A DNA stretch of 38,731 bases, from the NCBI RefSeq assembly GCF_004010195.1, contig NW_025215374.1, positions 23,139 to 61,869 on the forward strand, read 5' to 3'. The translations under genes were made by a program, and so were the position numbers. This stretch comes from Chiloscyllium plagiosum (taxonomy: Eukaryota). Shown here in pieces: positions 10,797 through 24,690 of this stretch; the stretch's first letter is position 1; each line of letters begins with the position of its first letter. Under the pieces are notes generated by a model. It did not search any database and had not been told where the DNA came from. It saw only the letters and a list, made by a program, of their open reading frames with translations.

Positions 10797-11562
10797 CAGT
10801 TATTCCAAGCTGTTACTCAGGAGCATCAGGAGAGCACAAAGCTATTGGTGCCGAATACCCAGAGACAGGAGGAGGAGAGCGCACAGGTATTGTCGCTTGT
10901 TGCTCAGGGGCAGCACGAGAGCACACAGCTATTGGAGGCAGTTACTCAGGGGCCAAAGGTGTAGAGCACACAGCTATTGAAACCTTTTAAACCGGGTCAG
11001 CAGGAGGAGACCACACAACTATTGGAGTCTTTCATTTAGGTCAGCAGGCCAGCACAGATTTATTGGAGCCAATTACTCAGAAGGGGCAGAAGGACAGCAC
11101 ACAGCTATTGGAACCTGTTACTCAGGGGCAGCAGGGGGAGAGTATGCTGCTATAGGACCCTTCTAATCAGGAGCAGCAGGAGGAAAGCACATAGATATTG
11201 AAGCCTGTTACTCGGGCAGCAGGAGGAGAGCACACAGCTATTGAAGCCTGTTACTGGGGGGCAGCCGTAGGCGAGCACACTGCAAATTGAGCCATTTACT
11301 CCAGGGCGGCAGGCGGACAGCACACAGCTACTGTAACCAGTATTCATGGTCAACAGCAGTGCATGCAGCTACTGGTGCCAGGTACTCAGTGTAGCATGAA
11401 GAGAGCCAGCAATTTGAGCCTCTTTCTCAGGAGCAGCAGGAGGAGAGCTCAATCATATTGAAGTCTGTTACTCAGGTGCAGCAAGAGGATAGCACAGAGA
11501 TATTGGAGCCTGTTACTAAGGGGCAGCAAGATGACAGCATTCAGTTATTGGAGCCTGGAGCT

Positions 11563-11601
<39 letters not shown>

Positions 11602-11613
11602 CAGCAGCAGCAG
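11563..11613 (+). repeat. (CAG)12 GAG (CAG)4 microsatellite inside one array unit
   Basis: Direct count; reads Q12-E-Q4 in the array frame. Confidence 0.95.
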
Positions 11614-14399
11614 AGCATACAGCTTTTGGAGCCTGTTACTCAGGATCATCTGGAGAGCACACAGATATTGGAGCCTGTTGGTCAGGGGCAGAAGGGGAGC
11701 ACACGTATTGGAGCCTTTTACTCATGGGCAAGAGGAGGACAGCACGCAGGTATTGGAGCCTGTTACTCAGGGTCAGCATTTGGTGAACACACAGGTTTTG
11801 GAACCATTTACTCAGGGGCAGCAGGAGCATAACAAATAGTTATGGTAGCCCTGTACTCAGGGTCAAAGGCAGAACATGCAGCTATTGTAGCCTGTTACAC
11901 AGGTTAGCAAGAAGAGAGCATGCAGATTTTTGAGCCTCTTCCTCAGGAACAGCAGGAAGAGAGCACACACCTATTGTAGCCTATTACTGTGGAACAACAG
12001 GAGGAGAGCACACAGCTATTGAAGCCTGTTACTCAGAGGCAGCAGGAGGACAGCATTCAGTTATTGGAGCCTAGTACGCAGAGGCAGCAGAAGAACATGC
12101 AGCTATTTGAGCCTATTCCGCAGGAGCAGCTAGAGAAAACACACCTATTGGAGCCTGTTACTCAGGAATGGAAGGAGAGCACACAGCTATTGGAGCGTGT
12201 TGCTCGGGGAAGCAGACGAGCACACAGCGTTTGCAGCCTGTTAGGCAGCAGCAGCAGGAGGCGAGATCACTGATATGGGAGCCTGTCACTCATGGACGCC
12301 AGGAGAGCACTCAGCTATTGGAACCTATTTCTCAAGAGCAGCAGGAGAAGATCACACATCTTTTGGAATCTGGTACTCAGGGGCAACAGGAGGCGAGCAC
12401 ACATGAATTGGAGCTTGTTACGCATGGGCAGCAAGAGAGCATGCTGCCAGTGGAGCCTGTTGCTCAGGGGCAGCAGGAGGTGAGTAGACACTGTTGGAGC
12501 CTATTACTCCGGGGCAGCAGGAGGCGAGCGCACTGCTATTTGAGCTATTTACTCCAGGGCAGCAAGAGGACAGCACACAGCTCTTGGAGCCTGTTACTCT
12601 GGGGCAGCAGTACAGCATGCAGCTGTTGGAGCCTATTCCTCAGGAGTAGCCGGAGAACACACACTTATTGGACACTATTACTCAGGAGCAGCAGGAGGAG
12701 AGCACACAGCTATTGGAGCCTGTTACTCAGGGGCAGCAGGAGGAGAGCAGAAACGAATTGCAGCCTGTTGCTCATGCGCGGCAGGAGGCGAACACACTGC
12801 TATTGGACCAATTTACTCCCAGCTATTGCACCCTGTACTCAAGGTCAACAGCAGAGCATGCAGCAGAGCACTGCAGCCTGTTACTCAGGGTAGCAGGAAG
12901 AGAGCATGCAGCAATTTGAGCCACTTCCTCAGGAGCAGCAGGAGATGAGCACACAGCTATTGGAGCCTTTCACTCAGGTGCAGCAGGAGGAGAGCACAGA
13001 GGTATTGTAGCCTGTTACTCTGTCAGCAGGGGAGCACACATCTATTGGAGCCTGTTACTCCGGGGCAACCGGAGGAGAACACACAACTGTTGGAGAATGT
13101 TACTCAGGAGCTACAGCAGGAAAACGCGTAGGTATTGGTACCTGTTAGACAGGAGCAACAGGAGGAGAGTACCCAGCTATTGGAGATTGTTACGCAGGTG
13201 TAGGAGGAAAGCATACAGCTTTTGGAACCTGTATCTCGGGAGCAGTATGATGAGAGCACTCACGTATTGGAGCCTGTTACTCAGGGGAAGCAGGAGGCGA
13301 GCACACTGCTATTGGAGCTATATTCTGCAAGACAGCAAGAAGACAGCACACAGCTATTGCACCCTGTACTCAGGATCAACAGCAGAGCATGCAGCTACTG
13401 GACCCTGTTACTCAGGGTAGCAGGGAGAGAGCATGCTGCGATTGGAGACTCTTTCTCAGGGGCAGCAGGAGGAGAGCACACAGCTATTGGAGGCTTTTAC
13501 TCAGATGCAGCAGAGCATGCAGTTATTGGAGCCTGTTCCTCAGGAGCAGCAGCAGGACATCACACACCTGTTGGGGCCTGTTACTCAGGGGCAGCAGGAG
13601 GAGGATTATTAAATCCTGTGACTCTGCTTCATGAGGAGAGCACACAGCTAAGGGAGCCTTGTATTCAGGTGCAGGAGGAGAGCACACAGCTATTGGACAC
13701 TATTACTCAGCAGCAACAGGAGAGCACACAGCTATTGGAGACTGTTACTCAGGAGCAACAGGAGAGTATCCAGCTTTTGGAGCCTGTTAATATGGAGGAG
13801 CAGGAGAGCATACAACTGATAGAGTCGGTTACTTAGAGACAACAGAAGGAGAGCACACAGATATTGTAGCCTGTTACTCAGTATCAGAAGGGGAGCACAC
13901 ATCTATTGGATTCTGTTACTCCGGGGCAACAGAAGGAGAACATACAGCGATTGGAGCCTCTAACACAGGAGCAGTAGGAGGAGAGCACGCAAATATTGGA
14001 ACTTGTTGCTCAGGGTGAGCAGTCGGAGAGCACAGAGCTATTGGAGCCTGTTAACCAGCAGCAGCAGGACGTTAGAACCCAGCTATGGGAGCCTGTTAGT
14101 CGGGGGAAGCAGGAGTAGAGCACACAGATATCGGAACCTGTTACTGAGGGGCAGCAGGAGAGAACATAGGTATTGGAGCCTGTGACTCAGGGGCAGGAAG
14201 TGAGCACACAGCTGTTGCAGACTGTTACTCCGGGGCAACAGGAGGAGAACACACGACTATTGGAGCCTGTTACTCAGTAGCAACAGGAGGAGAGTACTCA
14301 GGTATGAGAGCTTGTTACTCAGGTGCAGGACGGGAGCACACAGCTTTTGGAACCTGTTACTCAGGAGCAGCAGGAAGAGATCACACAGCTTTTGCAGGC

Positions 14400-14601
14400 T
14401 GTGTGTGCAGTTTTGGTCGCCATTCTATAGGAAGGATGTGGAGGCACTGGAACGGGTGCAGAGGAGGTTTACCAGGATGTTGCCTGGTATGGTAGAAAGA
14501 TCGTATGAGGAAAGGCTGAGGCACTTGGGGTTGTTTTCATTGGAGAAAAGAAGGCTTAGGGGTGACTTGATAGAGGTGTACAAGATGATAAGGGGTTTAG
14601 A
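14400..14601 (+). mobile_element. CR1-clade LINE fragment inserted in the array (runs into a gap)
   Basis: Uninterrupted [30 protein letters not shown]...[25 protein letters not shown]. Confidence 0.92.
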
Positions 14602-14748
14602 NNNNNNNNNNNNNNNNNNNNNNNNNNNNNNNNNNNNNNNNNNNNNNNNNNNNNNNNNNNNNNNNNNNNNNNNNNNNNNNNNNNNNNNNNNNNNNNNNNN
14701 NNNNNNNNNNNNNNNNNNNNNNNNNNNNNNNNNNNNNNNNNNNNNNNN
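14602..14748. other. Assembly gap (N run)
   Basis: 147 N. Confidence 1.
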
Positions 14749-17286
14749 AACGGAGCCATTTACTCAGGGTCAGCAGGAGGGCAGCGCACAGCTATTGTGG
14801 TCCAGTACTCAGGGGCAGCAGCAGAACATGCAGTTATTGGAGCCTGTTACTCAGCGTAGCGAAAGGAGAACATGCAGTTATTGGAGCCTTCGACACAGGA
14901 GCAACAGGAGGAGAGCACACAGCTATTGGAATCTGGTAATCAGGGACAGCAGTAGAGAATGCAGTTATTGAAACCTGTTACTCAGTGTAGCAGGAGGAGA
15001 TCGCACAAGTTTTGGAGCCTGTTACTCATGCGCAGGAGGAGAGCACACGCGTTTTGGAGCCCGTGAATCAGGAGCAAATGGAGGACAGCGCACAGATCTT
15101 GGAGTCTGTGACCCAGGGACAGGAGGAGAGCATGCTACTATCCGAGCCTGTGAGTCAGCAGCAGCCGGAGGAGAGCACACAGATATGGTGGTCTGTTACT
15201 CAGGGGAAGGAGGCGAGGACACAGTTAATGGATTTTTAATCAGCAGCGGCAGGAGAGTACACACCTATTGGAGCCTGTTACTCGGGACGAGCAGAAAAGA
15301 GAATACAACTAATGGAGCCTGGTATTCAGGGAATCAGGAGAGCACACATCCGTTAGAGCTGGTTACTTAAGGACAACAGGAGGAGAGTATACAGCTATTG
15401 GAGTCTGTTACGCAGTGGCAGCAGGAGATCACACAGCTATTAGAGCATGTTGCTCAGTGGCAGCAGGACCAAATCACACAACTAATGGGGATAGTACTCA
15501 GGGGGAGCAGGAGAGCATGGTGCTATTGGAGTCTGTTTCTCAGAGCAGCAGGATGAGTGTAGTCAGCTACTGGAGCTTGTCACTCAGGAGCAGCCGGAGA
15601 GCACACAACTACTAGAGCCCGTTACTCAGGGGCAGCAGGAGGGGAGCACACAACTAATTGAGTCTGTTATCAGTGGCAGCAGCAGAGCACACAGCTGTGG
15701 AGCCTGGCACTCTGGGGCAGCAGGAGTAAAGCAACCAGCTATTGGAGCCGGTTACTCAGGAGCTGGAGGAGGAGTGTACATAGTGTGACTCAGGGGCAGG
15801 AGTAGAGCAAACAGCTTTTGGAGCCTGTTAATCAGAAACAGGCGGAGGAGAGCACACAGCTATTGGAGCCTTTTATCAGGAGCAACCGGATAAGTGTACC
15901 CAGCTCTTGGAGCGTGTTCCTGGGGAGCAGAAGGAGATCACACAGCTATTGGAACGCGTTACCCAGGGGCAGCAGTAGGGGAGCACACAGATATTGGAGC
16001 ATGTGTCTTGGGAGTAGAGGCAGGAGTGCACACAATTATCGGAGCCTGTTGATCAGTGGCAGCAGGACACAACACAGCTGTTCGAGCCAAAATCTCAGGG
16101 GAAACAGGAGGAGTGAACACGGCTGTTGGAGATTGTTACTCAGCAGTAGCAGCAGGAGAACAAACAGCTGTTATAGCCTGGTACCAAGGGGGAGCAGGCG
16201 TAGAGTGCACAGCCATTTGTGCATGTTGCTCAGGAGAAGCAGGAGAGCACACAGCTATTGGAGTCACTTATTCAGTGACAACAGGACGACAGTTCACAAC
16301 GACTGCAGCCTGTTACTCAGTGACAGCAGGGGCACACACATGTAATGGTGTCTTTTACACAGTAGCAGCAGGTGGAGAGCGCACAACTATTGGAGCCTGT
16401 TACTCAAGAGCATCCGGAGGAGAGTACTCAGCTATTGGAGGTTGTTACTCAGGAGGAGGAGGAATGCACACAGCTATTGTATCTGGTTAATCAGGACAAG
16501 CAGCAGGAGAGCACACAGCTATTGGAGCCAGTTACTCAGGAGCAACAGCAGGAGGAGAGCACAGAGCTTTTGGAGCCTGTTACTCAGGAGCAACCGGAGG
16601 AATGTAACCAGCTATTGCAGCTTGTGACTCAGGAACAGGAGGAAAGCACACAGCTTTTGGAGTGCGATACTCAGGTCCAGCATGATGGGAGCATAGAACT
16701 ATTGGTGCCTGTGACTCGGGAGCAGCAGCAGGACAGCACACAGCCATCGGAGCCTGGTACCCAGGTGCAGCGGGAGGAGAGTGCACAGATATTGATGCCT
16801 GATACTGAGGGGCAACAGGAATGAAGCAAAGAGCTATTGGATAGTGTAACACAGGAACTGGAGGAGGAGAGTACACAGATGATGGACCCTGTCACTCAGG
16901 AGCTGGCGCAGGACAACACACAGCTTTTGGAGCATCTTATTCAGGGGCAGGCGATGATTATACAGCTATTGGAGCCTGGTAACAAGGGACAACACGAGGA
17001 GTGCACACAGATTTGGAGCGTGTTACTCAGGAGCAGCAGGAGGATGGTACACATCGACTGGAGCCTGTCACTCAGGGGAAGCAGGCAAGCACACAGCTAT
17101 TTGTGCCTGGCTCCCAGTGTTGGCAGGAAAAGAAATCACAGCTGTACAGAGGCAGTAGGAGAGAACATTGGCATTGAAGCCTGGTACCCAGGGTCAGCAG
17201 GAGGAGAGCACACAGCTCTTGGAGCCTGTTCCTCAGGAGCAGCAGGAGAGCGCACACTTATTGGAGCCCGTCACTCAGCGATTGGG

Positions 17287-18510
17287 GAGATGGACAAGGG
17301 AGATCCAGTGGATGTAGTGTACCTGGACGTTCAGAAAGCCTTTGATAAAGTCCCACATAGGAGGTTAGTGAGCAAAATTACAGCGCATAGTATTGGGGGC
17401 AAAGTACTGACTTGGATTGAAAATTGGTTGGCTGCCGGGAAACAAAGAGTAGTGATAAACAGCTCCTTTTCGGAATGGCAGGCTGTGACCAGTGGGGTAC
17501 CGCAGGGATCAGTGCTGGGACCGCAGCTTTTTACAATATATATTAATGATATGGAAGATGGTATTAGTAATAACATTAGCAAATTTGCTGATGATACTAA
17601 GCTGGGTGGCAGGATGAAATGTGAGGAGGATGTTAGGAGATTACAGGATGACATGGGTAGGTTAGGTGAGTGGATAGATGCATGGCAGATGCAGTTTAAT
17701 GTGGATAAATGTATGGTTATCCACTTTGGTGGCAAGAGCAGGAAGGCAGATTACTACCTAAATTGAGTCAAGTTAGGTAAAGGGGCAGTACAAAGAGATC
17801 TGGGTGTTCTTGTACACCAGTCAGTGAAGGCAAGCATGCAGGTACAGCAGGTAATGAAGAAAGCTAATAATATGCTGGCCTTCATAACAAAAGGGATTAA
17901 GTATAGAAGCAAAGATGTTCTTCTGCAGCTGTACAGGGCTCTGGTGAGACCGCACCTGGAATATTGTGTGCAGTTCTGGTCTCCAAATTTGAGGAAAGAC
18001 ATTCTGGCTATTGAGGGAGTGCAGCATAAGTTCACGAGGTCAATTCCTGGAATGGCAGGACGATCTTATGTTGAAAGATTGGAGCGACTGGGCTTGTATA
18101 CTCTTGAGTTTAGAAGACTGAGAGGGGATCGGATTGAGACGTAGACGATTATTAAAGGATTGGACACTCTGGAGGCAGGAAACATGTTTCCGCTGATGGG
18201 TGAGTGCCGAACCAGAGGACACAGCTTAAAAATAAGGGGTAGGCCATTTAGGACAGACATGAGGACAACATTCTTCACACAGAGAGTGATGGGTGTGTGG
18301 AATGCTCTGCCACAGAAGTCAGTGGGGGCCCAGTCTCTGGATTCGTCGTAGAAAGAGTTGGATAGAGCTCTCAAGGATAGTGGAATCAAGGGTTATGGAG
18401 ATAAGGCAGGAATAGGATACTGATTGAGGATGGTCAGCCATGATCATAATGAATGGCTGTGCAGGCTCGAAGGGCATAATGGCCTATTCCTGCACCGATT
18501 GTCTATGGTC
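17287..18510 (+). mobile_element. CR1-clade LINE, 5'-truncated reverse transcriptase, inserted in the array
   Basis: VDVVYLDVQKAFDKVPH, GVPQGSVLGPQLFTIYIND and SKFADDTKL RT motifs through to the 3' UTR; a few in-frame stops. Confidence 0.95.
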
Positions 18511-21477
18511 TTGGGAGCCTGTTAGTCAGGTGCAGTAGAAGGAGAGCACAAAGTTATTGTTGGGTGATATTCAGGGGCAGCAGGAGAGCACACAGCTATT
18601 GCAGCCAGTTAATCTGGGGTAGAAGTCGAGCATGTAGCTATTGGAGCCTGTTACTCAGCAGCAGCAGGAGGAGAGCACAGATCTATTGGAGCCTGTTACG
18701 AACGGTCAGCAGAAGAACATGCAGCTATGAGTGACTTACTCAATAGCAGGAGGAGGGGAGCACCAATCTATTGGAGCCAGTCCCTCAGGAGCAGGAGGAG
18801 ACTACACAGATATTGGTGTCTGTTACTCAGGGGCAGCAGGAGAGCACATAGATATTAGGACTTGTAACTCAGGGACAGGTGAAGGAGAGCACACAGCTAT
18901 TGGAAACTGTTTCACTGCAGCAGCAGAAGGAGAGCACACAGTTATGTGATGCTGTTAATCAGGGGCAGGAGAAGAGCACACAGGTATTGGACTCTATTAC
19001 TCAAAACCAGCAGGATATCACGTAGCCATTGGAGCCGGTTACTCAGCAGCAGCTGGACGAGAGCACACAGTTAGTGGAGCATGTTACTCAGGAGCAGGAG
19101 GAGAGCACACAGCTATTACAGCCGGTTGCTCAGGGACAATAGGAGCAGAGTACATAGCTATTGGAGCCTGAAACTCAGAGGTAGCAGGAGAGTACACAGA
19201 TATTGGAGCCTGTTACTCAGGAGCAGTAGGAGGAGTGCACACAACTGTTTAAGCCTCGCACTCAGGGGCAACAGGAGAGCTTGCGGCTATGTACTTGTTA
19301 CTCAGAACAGCAGGAGCAGAGCACACAGCTGTGGCAGGCTGTTACTCACGAGCAGCTGGAGGACTGCGAACAGCTATTTTTGCCTGTTACTCAGGAGCAG
19401 GATGAGAGCACACAGTTACTGCAGCCTGTTACTCAGGGAAACAGGGCGAGAGTACACAGCTGTTGCAGCCTGTTACGCAGTGGCAGCAGAAGAGCACACA
19501 GGTATTGGAGCGTTTTACTCCGGAGCACCAGAAGGAGAGCACACAGCTATTGGAGCCTGTTACACAGGAGCAGCAGGTGGAGACCAAAAAACAATTGGAG
19601 CCTATTACTCAGGAACAACTGGATGAGAGTACCAATCTACTGGAACTTGTCACTCAGGAGAAGGAGCAGAGAACGCAACTCTCGGATCCTATTACCCCGG
19701 AACAACAGGAGGAGAGCACATAGATATCGGAGCCTGTTACGCCGCGGCTGCAGCAAGAGAGCGCGCAACTGTTAGAGCCTGTTAATCAGGAGTAATCGGA
19801 TGAGTGTAATCAACTATTGGAGCTTGTCACCCAGGAGCAGGAGGAGAGCACACTGCTATTGGAGTCTGTTATCATTGGAAGCAGCAGAGCACAAACCTGT
19901 GAAGCCTGGCACTCAGGGGCAGCAGGAATAAAGCAAACAGCTATTGGAGTCAGTTACTCAGGAACTGGAGGAGGAGTGTTCATAGCTACCGGAGCCTGCG
20001 GCTCAGGGGCAGGAGGAGAGCACACAGCTAATGGAGCCTGTTACTCAGGAGGAACAGGAGAACACACAGCTATTGGAACCTGACTCTCAACGGCAGGTGG
20101 AGAAGAGCACACAGCTGTTGAAGCCTTTTGCTCTGGAGCAGCAGGCGAACACAGCTATTGAAGCCTGTTACTCAGGGGCTACAGGAGGCCAGGACACAGC
20201 TATTGGAGCCGCTTACTCGTGGAGAACAGGAAGAGAGTGCACAGCTATTGGAGCCTCTTAGTCAGGGGCTGCAGGAAGAGAGCACAAAGCTATTGGTGCC
20301 TGTTACTCAGGAGCAGCAGGAGGAGAACACACAGCTATTGGTGAGTGCAACTCAGGAGCAACCAGAGGTGAATACCCAGCTATTGGAAATTGTTACTCTG
20401 GAGAAGGAGGAAAGCACACAGGTATTGGATTCTGTTAATCAGAAACAGCAGGAAGAGGGGACACAGCAATTGGAGCCTGTTACTCAGGGGCTGCACCAGG
20501 AGAGCAAACAGCTATTAGAGCTTCTTCTTCAGCGACAGCAGGACAGTACGCAGATATTGGAGCCTGTTGCTTAATGGCAGCAGGATTGCACACAGTTATT
20601 GACGATTGTTAACCCTGGACAGCAGGAGGAGACCACAAAGCTATTGAATCCTATTATTCTGGAACAGCAGGAAGAGGGCACACAGCTATTGGAGCCTGTT
20701 ACACAGGAGCAGAAGGAGGAGAGCACACAGCTATTGGAGCCGGTCACTCAGGGGTAGCAGGAGGGGAGCACACAGTTATCAGAGCCTGTTACCCCGGAGC
20801 TGCAGGAGGAGAGCACACAGCTATTGGAACCGGTCACTCAGGGGCAGCTAGAGGAGAGCACACAACTATTGGAACGTGTGACTTGGGAGTAGAGGCTGTA
20901 GTGCGCATAGTTCTTGGAGCTTGTTACTCAGTGGAAGCAGGAGACCACACAGCTGTTGGAGCCTATTAATCAGGGACAAAGGGAGGAGTGTACACGGCTG
21001 TTGAAGATTGTTACTCAGTGGCGGCTGCAGCAGAGCACAAAGCTGCGAAGCCTGGCACTCAGGGGCAGCAGGAGTAAAGCAAACAGCTATTGGAGGCTGT
21101 TACTCAGGAGCTGGAGGAGGATTGTACATAGCCACCGGAGCCTATGACTCAGTGGCAGGAGGAGAGCACCAGCTCTTGGAGCCTGACACTCAACGGTAGG
21201 TGGAGGAGAGCACACAGCTGTTGAAGCCTGTCACTCAGGGGCAGCAGGCGAACACAGCTATTAGAAACTGTTACTCAGGACCACAGGAGGAGAGCACACA
21301 GCTACTGTAGCCTCTTACTCAGGGGCTGCAGGAAGAGAGCACAAATCTATTGGAGCCTCTTACTCAAGGGAAGCAGGAGGACAGGATGCGCCAATTGGAG
21401 CTGGTCATTCGGGGACAACAGGAAGACAGTGCACACCTATTGGAACCTTTTACTCAAAGGCAGCAGGAGAGCACACA

Positions 21478-22150
21478 NNNNNNNNNNNNNNNNNNNNNNN
21501 NNNNNNNNNNNNNNNNNNNNNNNNNNNNNNNNNNNNNNNNNNNNNNNNNNNNNNNNNNNNNNNNNNNNNNNNNNNNNNNNNNNNNNNNNNNNNNNNNNNN
21601 NNNNNNNNNNNNNNNNNNNNNNNNNNNNNNNNNNNNNNNNNNNNNNNNNNNNNNNNNNNNNNNNNNNNNNNNNNNNNNNNNNNNNNNNNNNNNNNNNNNN
21701 NNNNNNNNNNNNNNNNNNNNNNNNNNNNNNNNNNNNNNNNNNNNNNNNNNNNNNNNNNNNNNNNNNNNNNNNNNNNNNNNNNNNNNNNNNNNNNNNNNNN
21801 NNNNNNNNNNNNNNNNNNNNNNNNNNNNNNNNNNNNNNNNNNNNNNNNNNNNNNNNNNNNNNNNNNNNNNNNNNNNNNNNNNNNNNNNNNNNNNNNNNNN
21901 NNNNNNNNNNNNNNNNNNNNNNNNNNNNNNNNNNNNNNNNNNNNNNNNNNNNNNNNNNNNNNNNNNNNNNNNNNNNNNNNNNNNNNNNNNNNNNNNNNNN
22001 NNNNNNNNNNNNNNNNNNNNNNNNNNNNNNNNNNNNNNNNNNNNNNNNNNNNNNNNNNNNNNNNNNNNNNNNNNNNNNNNNNNNNNNNNNNNNNNNNNNN
22101 NNNNNNNNNNNNNNNNNNNNNNNNNNNNNNNNNNNNNNNNNNNNNNNNNN
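21478..22150. other. Assembly gap (N run)
   Basis: 673 N, flanked by array units on both sides. Confidence 1.
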
Positions 22151-22872
22151 ACAGAACAGCACACATCGTTGGGAACCTTTTGCACAGTGGCAGCAGGAGA
22201 GCTTTCAGATATTGGAGCCAGTTACTCAGGAGCAGCCGGAGGAGGGAACACAGATATTCGAGCCTGTTACCCAGGGACAAGTAGAGGAGAGTGCTGAGCC
22301 TGTTACTCAGCAGCAGCAGGAGGGGAGCACACAGATGTTGTGGCCTGTCTGTCGGGGCAGGGGAGGAGGGAACACGGCTATTGTATCCTGTGATTCAGGG
22401 CAGGAGGAGAGCACACAGCTATCGGTCCAAGTTATTCAGCAGCAGCAGGACAGTACAAAGCCATTGGAATCTGTTACTCAGGAGCAGCAACAGGAGAGCA
22501 CACAGCGATTGGAGCCTGTTACTCAGGAGCAGGAGGAAATCACGCAGTTATTGGATCCTGTTAATCAAGAACAGCAGGAGAAGGGGACGCAGCTATTGAA
22601 GCATATTACCCATGGACTGCACCAGGAGAGCACACAGTTATTAGAACCTCTTATTCAGCGACAACAGGAGGACAGTACGCAGCTGTTGGAGCCTTTTACT
22701 CAGTGGCAGCAGGAGAACACACAGCTAATGGAGCCTGTTACACAGGAGCAGCAGGTGGAGAGCACACAACTATTGGAGCCTGTTTCTCAGGCGCAACCAG
22801 AGGAGAGAACCCAGCTCTTAGAAGTTGTTACATGGGAGCAGGAGGAAAGCACATGGGTATTGGATCCTGTTA

Positions 22873-23005
22873 GTGTCTAGATTAGAGTGGTGCTGGAAAA
22901 GCACAGCAGTTAAGGCAGCATCCGAGAAGCAGTAAAATCGACGTTTCTGGAAAAGCCCTTCGTCAGGAAGACAGGCAGAGTTCCTGAAGGTTGAAGAGAT
23001 AAGAG
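22873..23005 (-). mobile_element. Penelope-like terminal fragment with a 13-bp target-site duplication
   Basis: gtggtgctggaaaagcacagcag arm; the minus strand reads CTGACGA-A-GGGC-TTTT-CCA-GAAACGTCGA; TTGGATCCTGTTA occurs on both sides (~22860-22872, 23006-23018). Confidence 0.8.
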
Positions 23006-23700
23006 TTGGATCCTGTTAATCAGGAACAGCAGAAAGAGGGCACACAGCAATTGGAGCCTATTGGAGCAACCGGAGGAGTGCATCTAGCTGTTGTAACTTG
23101 TTACTCAGGAGCAGGAGGAGAGCACACCGCTATTGGAGAGTGTGAGTTGGGAGGAGAGGCACGAGTGCTCACAATTATCGAAGCCTGTTACGGAGTGGCA
23201 GCAGGAGAGCACACAGCTGTTGGAGCCTAATACTCAGGGGCAGCAGGAGGAGAGTGCATAGCTGTTGGAGATTGTTACTCTGTGGCAGCAGCAGGAGAGC
23301 ATACAGCTATTGAAGCCTAATACTCAGTAGCAGCAGGAGGAGTACACACAGCTGTTGGAGATTGTTACTCAGCGGCAGCAGCAGGAGAACAAGCAGCTAT
23401 GACAGCCTGGTACTCAGGGACAGCAGGACTAGACTGCACAGTCATTGGTGCCTGATACTCAGGAGCAGCAGGACAGCACACAGGTTTTAGAGATTCTTAT
23501 TCAGCGACAACAGGAGGACAGCATACAGCAATTGGAGGCTGCTACTCAGTGGCAGCAGGAGAGCACTCAGCTAATGGAGCTAGGTACTCCGCGGCAGGAT
23601 GAAGCGGGCACAGAGCTACTGGTACCTGTTACAATGTCGCAGCAGGTGGAGAGCGCACAGCTTTCCGAGCCTGTTACTCAAGAGCAACCGAGCGAGAGTT

Positions 23701-24690
23701 CCCAACGTCTTTGGTGCATGGTAAGGTGGTTATGGTTTATGGCTGTGTTTGGTCTGCTTGTCGTGGTTTGTTCTTGAGGAATCTGCGCACTGTATTATTT
23801 GAGTATCCGTTCTTCTTGAGTATGTTGTATAGGTGGTTCTCTGTTTTCCGAAATTCGTCTCTGCTGCAGTGTGTGGTGGCTCGTTGGAATAGTGTTCTGA
23901 TACAGCTTCGTTTGTGTGTGTTGGGATGGTTGATGGTGTAGTTAGGTATTTGGTCAGTGTTTGTCGATTTTCTGTATACGCAGGTTTGTAGTTCTCCGTT
24001 GTTCTTTCTTTCGACTTTGATGTCCAGGAATGCGAGTTTATTTCAGAAATGACAGAAGTTTCAGAAATGACAGCCACAGTACTAAGAACCCTCGGAATCG
24101 TAGTAGCACACAAACTGACCAACACTCAAACAAAAAAAAAACAAACTTAAAAGACCCAGTACAACCCATGGACAAAACCAACGTCATCTACAAAATTCCA
24201 TGCAAGGACTGCCACAAACACTACGTAGGACAAACAAGAAGAAAGTTAGCCACCATGATACACGAACACCAGCTAGTCACAAAAAGACACGACCCTCTCT
24301 CCCTCTTCGCCCTACACACGGATGAATAAAACCACCATTTCGACTGGGACAACACATCTCTCCTGGGACAGGTTAAGTAAAGGCATGCCAGAGAATTCGT
24401 CCAGGCCTGGCACTCCAACCACAAGGCCATAAACAAACGCATAGATCTAGATGCCATCTCTCAACCCCTCAGAAAAGGAACAGGAAATGACGTCACTACA
24501 GGAACCCTATCCAGGATAAAGATATAAATAGAAAGCAGGAAACATCAGCTTTGCTTCACTTGGAGGTCGCCACTGATTATGTTACCTAGCCAGGTAATGA
24601 AACATCTGGATATGAAACCTACAGCTCAGCGAGCAAACCTACATCCTAAATCTCAACCTGAGATACAAACCTTCACAAAACTTGCAAAAA
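23701..24690 (+). mobile_element. Penelope-like retroelement (RT C-terminus inverted, GIY-YIG endonuclease, terminal repeat), decayed
   Basis: Plus strand: TNVIYKIPCKDCHKHYVGQTRRKLATMIHEH...HHFDWDNT (GIY-YIG). Minus strand 23701-24030 reads VYRKSTNTDQ...HPNTHKRSCIRTLFQRATTHC...NGY (Penelope RT thumb/linker). Hammerhead-like motif at 24573-24606. Confidence 0.92.

Noticed and set aside
16837..17766. 309-aa ORF as a repeat-reverse transcriptase fusion protein
   Set aside because: Chance read-through from shifting array frames into a 5'-truncated CR1 insertion that stops at 17766.
21350..22880. Longest ORFs in the track (241-483 aa)
   Set aside because: They are inflated by reading through the 673-N gap; the same applies to ORFs at 10683 and 14312.
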